Source: Acidobacteriota bacterium (lineage in GTDB: Bacteria > Acidobacteriota > CAIWXX01). Taken from it: a stretch of DNA of 64,000 nucleotides. The DNA is taken from positions 192,001-256,000 of the forward strand of contig JBFMAF010000055.1 of assembly GCA_040755995.1 (NCBI GenBank), written 5' to 3'. Below are positions 60,267-64,000 of the stretch, piece after piece. A model generated the notes under the pieces. It saw only the letters and a program-made list of their open reading frames with translations. It did not search any database and was not told the DNA's origin. The position numbers and the translations under genes were made by a program. The first letter of the stretch is position 1, and every line of letters starts with the position of its first letter.

Positions 60267-61874
60267 TCATTGATACCAGCTCAGCTCGTTGCTTCGCACG
60301 AGGTTGGCATCGTAGAGCGCGAATCCGGTGACTGAGATCCTCGGGGTGCCGACACCGATCGACCGAATTGGCAGGGTCAGGCTGAAAGAGACCGTGCCCC
60401 CCTTCTTGCCCGGCAGCTGGAGAAAGGCTCCGGTGACCCAGTAGTTGGCATTCGAGACCCAGGTGTCAGGGAATACCAGGGCCAGGTGGAACTCCAGGAA
60501 CGCGCCGCTCAGGGGGGTGGGGGAGCTCGCGATCCGCACGTCCCCGCCTGAATCCTCGAACGTGAAGCTTCCAACCATCGTCACACTCAGCGACGTGTAC
60601 GATAGAGTTGTGAACTGGAGGTTCGAGATCGCGAGCTCGACCGGCGAAGTCCCGCTCAAGAACAGCAGGACGTTCTGCATCTCGTAAGAGGTGGGATTGT
60701 CATATCCGTCCAGATTGTTGTAGTGGACCGCGACCACGTCCAAGTGTGCGTCTTTGTTGACGTCCGCCACACCCAGGTTGCGGTTCGGGCTGCAATGCGT
60801 GAAGAACCCCTCATCCACCTGCGAGATGTCGACCGGCTTGCCGAGCCGGGCTGAGCCGTTGCCCGGATACAGGGCGACATGGCTTTGGTAGAGTCCAGGG
60901 GCCGAGGCGACCAGGTCCGTCTTCCCATCACCAGTGACGTCGCCAAGTACCATGTCATAATCCAATTCACCGGCCGAGCCCGGGATCGATGCCTTCTTCC
61001 CAAACGTTCCGTTCCCCCTCCCCAACCAAACCCATCCGAATGGCGAGTCGATACCCTCACCCGCCAGGTCCAGTTTGCTGTCGCCGTTGACATCTCCAAC
61101 CGTCACCATCGTTCCGCTCGTCTTCGCGTCGATCGTCCTGCCCTGTAGAAACGATCCCGCGCCATCGGCCAGGAATAGTGTCAGCGTCGGAGCATCCTCC
61201 GCCCGCACGACAATGTCGTCAAGTCCATCCCCATTGAAGTCGCCGGCTGCCATTCGCTCGTAGATGACGTCCTCGACCAACTTGATCATGGAGAACTTGC
61301 TCCCGCCCAGGTTTCGGAAGGCCGCAACGGAGCGCGGCACATCGTATTCATAGTACGTGAGGAGCCCCGCGATGTCCGGGCGCCCGTCCCCGTCGAAATC
61401 CAGAACGACCGCGTCGCCGAAATCAGGCTCGGGACTCGCGCTGCGTACGATCTTCGGGTTGAGGAGCTCTCCATTCCCCTTGCCGGGAAAAACGGCAAAG
61501 AGAGCGCCGCCGGTTGCCGAGTCGACGGCGATGTCGATCTTGCCGTCGCCGGTGAAATCAGCCGCCCCGATGAGTCGCCTTCCCAGGCCGGAGTACCCTT
61601 TGCTGAGTCGCTTGCTGTATTTCAGTTGCGTGTCCCCGAGCAGTATGTTGATCTTCCTCTTGCCTCGGTCAATCGTGACGATGTCGGAGAACCCGTCGCC
61701 GGTGAGATCGGCTGCGATGATGTCACTGATGCTTCCTGAGACCGGAACACGCACCTGTTTGAGCTCGGCTGCTTGTCCAATCACGACAGAAACCAGGAGA
61801 CACCAAAGGGTCGTCAGGACAGCTGTTCCGTTCAAACACGGGAACCCGGCGGCGCGCATACGATTCATGGCCAT
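60267..61874 (-). CDS. Secreted FG-GAP/VCBS repeat protein
   Basis: Repeated DLTGDGFSD, DFTGDGKID, DFDGDGRPD, DFNGDGLDD, DVNGDSKLD; AGGAGG RBS. Confidence 0.9.
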   Translation of the reverse strand: MAMNRMRAAGFPCLNGTAVLTTLWCLLVSVVIGQAAELKQVRVPVSGSISDIIAADLTGDGFSDIVTIDRGKRKINILLGDTQLKYSKRLSKGYSGLGRRLIGAADFTGDGKIDIAVDSATGGALFAVFPGKGNGELLNPKIVRSASPEPDFGDAVVLDFDGDGRPDIAGLLTYYEYDVPRSVAAFRNLGGSKFSMIKLVEDVIYERMAAGDFNGDGLDDIVVRAEDAPTLTLFLADGAGSFLQGRTIDAKTSGTMVTVGDVNGDSKLDLAGEGIDSPFGWVWLGRGNGTFGKKASIPGSAGELDYDMVLGDVTGDGKTDLVASAPGLYQSHVALYPGNGSARLGKPVDISQVDEGFFTHCSPNRNLGVADVNKDAHLDVVAVHYNNLDGYDNPTSYEMQNVLLFLSGTSPVELAISNLQFTTLSYTSLSVTMVGSFTFEDSGGDVRIASSPTPLSGAFLEFHLALVFPDTWVSNANYWVTGAFLQLPGKKGGTVSFSLTLPIRSIGVGTPRISVTGFALYDANLVRSNELSWYQ

Positions 61875-62168
61875 GTTCTGTCTCCTCCTCTCGTAGTGCG
61901 ATCGGTGAACATCCCTGCCCCTTCTGCCCGACCGCAAGGGTCTTGGCCGGCATGCAATTGCCTCTCAGGATGAGCGCAAGACAGCGCGTGAGGTGCAGCC
62001 GTTGCGCCTCGCGCCGAAGCAAACCGGCTGGCGCGTGCCATACTTGGACAATAGGCCTCGAAGTAGCCGAAGTCAATTGCAGTCTAACCTGACATCGTGT
62101 GGGTGGTCAGACGGGTGAACTTCGACAGCGGAGATCACGTATCTCTTGGGCATAAACGGAGGGATACA

Positions 62169-63524
62169 ATGAAGATGCTCGCCGTTCTCCCGCTCCTGCT
62201 CGCGTTCGCACCAGACCCATCGGGGCAGCCGTCTCCGAAGACGTACGCGCTCACAGATGTGACGGTGATTGACGGGACAGGTTCTTCTCCGCAGCCGCAC
62301 AGGACGGTTGTCATCTCCGGGAACCGCATTGCTGCAATCCAGCCAGCCGAAGCCCAACTGGACGGGACTGTCGAGCGAATCGATGGGAAGGGCAAGTTCC
62401 TCATCCCGGGCCTGTGGGACATGCACGTCCACCTGGCATACATGGGCGACGTGGCCTGCCCGGCTCTGATAGCAAACGGCGTGACATCGGTTCGCGATCT
62501 TGGAGGAGGTCTGGAGGTCATCGATTGGCTGCGGGCTGAGATCGCGGCAGTGGATCTGATCGGCCCGCGAGTCTATCGGTCAGGCCCGGTCGTAGACGGA
62601 CCGAAACCGGGCGCCAGGGATCGGTTGGTGATCGACAGCACGGAGGACGGCCGGCGCGCGGTGTCTTTCCTGAAAGCCCGCGGTGTCGACTTCATCAAGG
62701 TGCACAATGGTCTACAGCCCGAGCCGTACTTCGCACTGCTCGATGAAGCGAAGCGCCAGGGGATTCAAGTCGTCGGCCACATTCCGCTTTCCATCATGGA
62801 CCCGGCTACGGCCGTCGACGCGGGGCACCGCAGCGTCGAGCACATCGTCAGCCTCATGGAAGGACCCGTCTATCAGAAGGTCAAAGCCGGCAAGTCGCAG
62901 GAGGCGGCGATCGCGGAGTTCACCGACGCGGAAGCGAGAAGGTTGGCACGGACGATGGTGGCAAACGCCGCATGGTTCGATCCTACACTCGTCGGATACT
63001 GGGCCCGGGCCAATCAATGGGACATTCGAGCGCAGGGAGATCCCCGTGACAGGTATGTCAGCGCATCGGGCAAAGAGTTCTGGGATACCTTCCCGGATCT
63101 CCCCGACAAGCCTGAGCTGCGCGCCCTGCTCGCTCGAGGGTTCGACCGTTTTCTTGAAATCACCCGGATCCAACATCAAGAAGGGGTGCGCTTCCTGGCC
63201 GGTACGGATCTTGCCGCGAAGTACGTCTACCCCGGGTTCAGTCTGCATGACGGATTGGTCTGGTTGAACAAGGCCGGGCTAACCCCGATGGAGGCGCTCA
63301 TCGCAGGAACCAGGAACTGCGCGGAGTCGCTCGGCAGGCTGCATGAGCTCGGCACGATCGAACAAGGTAAGCTCGCAGACCTCGTCCTGCTGGACCGAAA
63401 TCCGCTTGAAGACATCCGGAATACGACCAGGATTGCCGTCGTCGTGGCCAACGGCCGCGTCTTTCGCAGGGCAGAGCTCGACAACATCCTGGAGCAGGTT
63501 GCCGCGGCGGCGCCAACGCGCTAG
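62169..63524 (+). CDS. Secreted amidohydrolase (HutI-like)
   Basis: PGLWDMHVH, GVTSVRD, GTD, GLTPMEAL, GKLADLVLLDRNPL. Confidence 0.92.
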   Translation: MKMLAVLPLLLAFAPDPSGQPSPKTYALTDVTVIDGTGSSPQPHRTVVISGNRIAAIQPAEAQLDGTVERIDGKGKFLIPGLWDMHVHLAYMGDVACPALIANGVTSVRDLGGGLEVIDWLRAEIAAVDLIGPRVYRSGPVVDGPKPGARDRLVIDSTEDGRRAVSFLKARGVDFIKVHNGLQPEPYFALLDEAKRQGIQVVGHIPLSIMDPATAVDAGHRSVEHIVSLMEGPVYQKVKAGKSQEAAIAEFTDAEARRLARTMVANAAWFDPTLVGYWARANQWDIRAQGDPRDRYVSASGKEFWDTFPDLPDKPELRALLARGFDRFLEITRIQHQEGVRFLAGTDLAAKYVYPGFSLHDGLVWLNKAGLTPMEALIAGTRNCAESLGRLHELGTIEQGKLADLVLLDRNPLEDIRNTTRIAVVVANGRVFRRAELDNILEQVAAAAPTR

Positions 63525-64000
63525 GAATCGTCCCGGCTTCGCACCGACTGCCGGCGGGGGACATCGCCTGGAACCGCGGCTGCAACAGGAGCGCCGCAGG
63601 CGACCAGATGGCACCGTGTTCACGGCCGTAGGCCCGCAGAGCCTCGTACGCGCGGTCCCGTCGCCGCGTGTCACGCGCAAGCGCGCACGTCGTCGGATCC
63701 GTGTCATCATCCCCGACAGCCAAGACATGAAAGTGCAGGCCGAAGCCCTCGTCTTCGCCGCGGATATTGACGATCGCAGGTCGTCCGAGAGCGGACGACG
63801 ACGTCCGGTTCCGCTCGATTGCAGCCCGCGTGTCGGCGGCCTGGTCATTACGATTCAATGACTTGTGCCGAGACGCCATTCCCGGACGCTGGCACCCAGA
63901 TTGCTACTTCCAAGTCCGGGAAACACAGATGGATCGCGTGGTCAGCCCTGGCAAGAGGCGTCGGCGAATCATTCGCGCCTCGCTCGTAGCAGCGTCGCTC

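Noticed and set aside
63540..64000. Coding remnant at the right edge
   Set aside because: No frame gave a product I could identify with support.

Overview
GC-rich bacterial DNA; the gene content suggests Acidobacteriota-like, which is inference only. Both ends hold ordinary genes. The left end has accA, a GNAT, a sensor kinase with a PEP-dikinase-like protein, beta-helix proteins, a GH99-like hydrolase, an ABC system and an ABC-F protein. The right end has a GT39/ArnT-like protein, VapBC, tricorn protease, an FG-GAP protein and an amidohydrolase. Many short pseudogene fragments lie between these genes. The main feature is integron biology. (i) An integrase-less + strand cassette array (about 8.9-11.7 kb) has 4 attC sites and two toxin-antitoxin cassettes. 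(ii) A decayed - strand cassette region (about 20-49 kb) has its 30-49 kb part built from a repeated module: cassette, attC R'' half, IS110/IS1111-like element in opposite orientation, conserved spacer X, intI remnant, attI/Pc-like site downstream of intI, further cassettes. There are 7 dead IS110 copies, 4 of which end exactly at an attC R'' box and 2 of which keep a ~195-nt 3' non-coding candidate bridge/seek RNA. There are also 4 intI remnants, 5 attI-like sites, and a second recombinase-linked element end found twice at attC R''. Cassette cargo is rich in defence-like genes (TIR, HEPN-like, NDT-like, P-loop kinase, DUF4365, PIN). No rRNA, tRNA or CRISPR array was seen.
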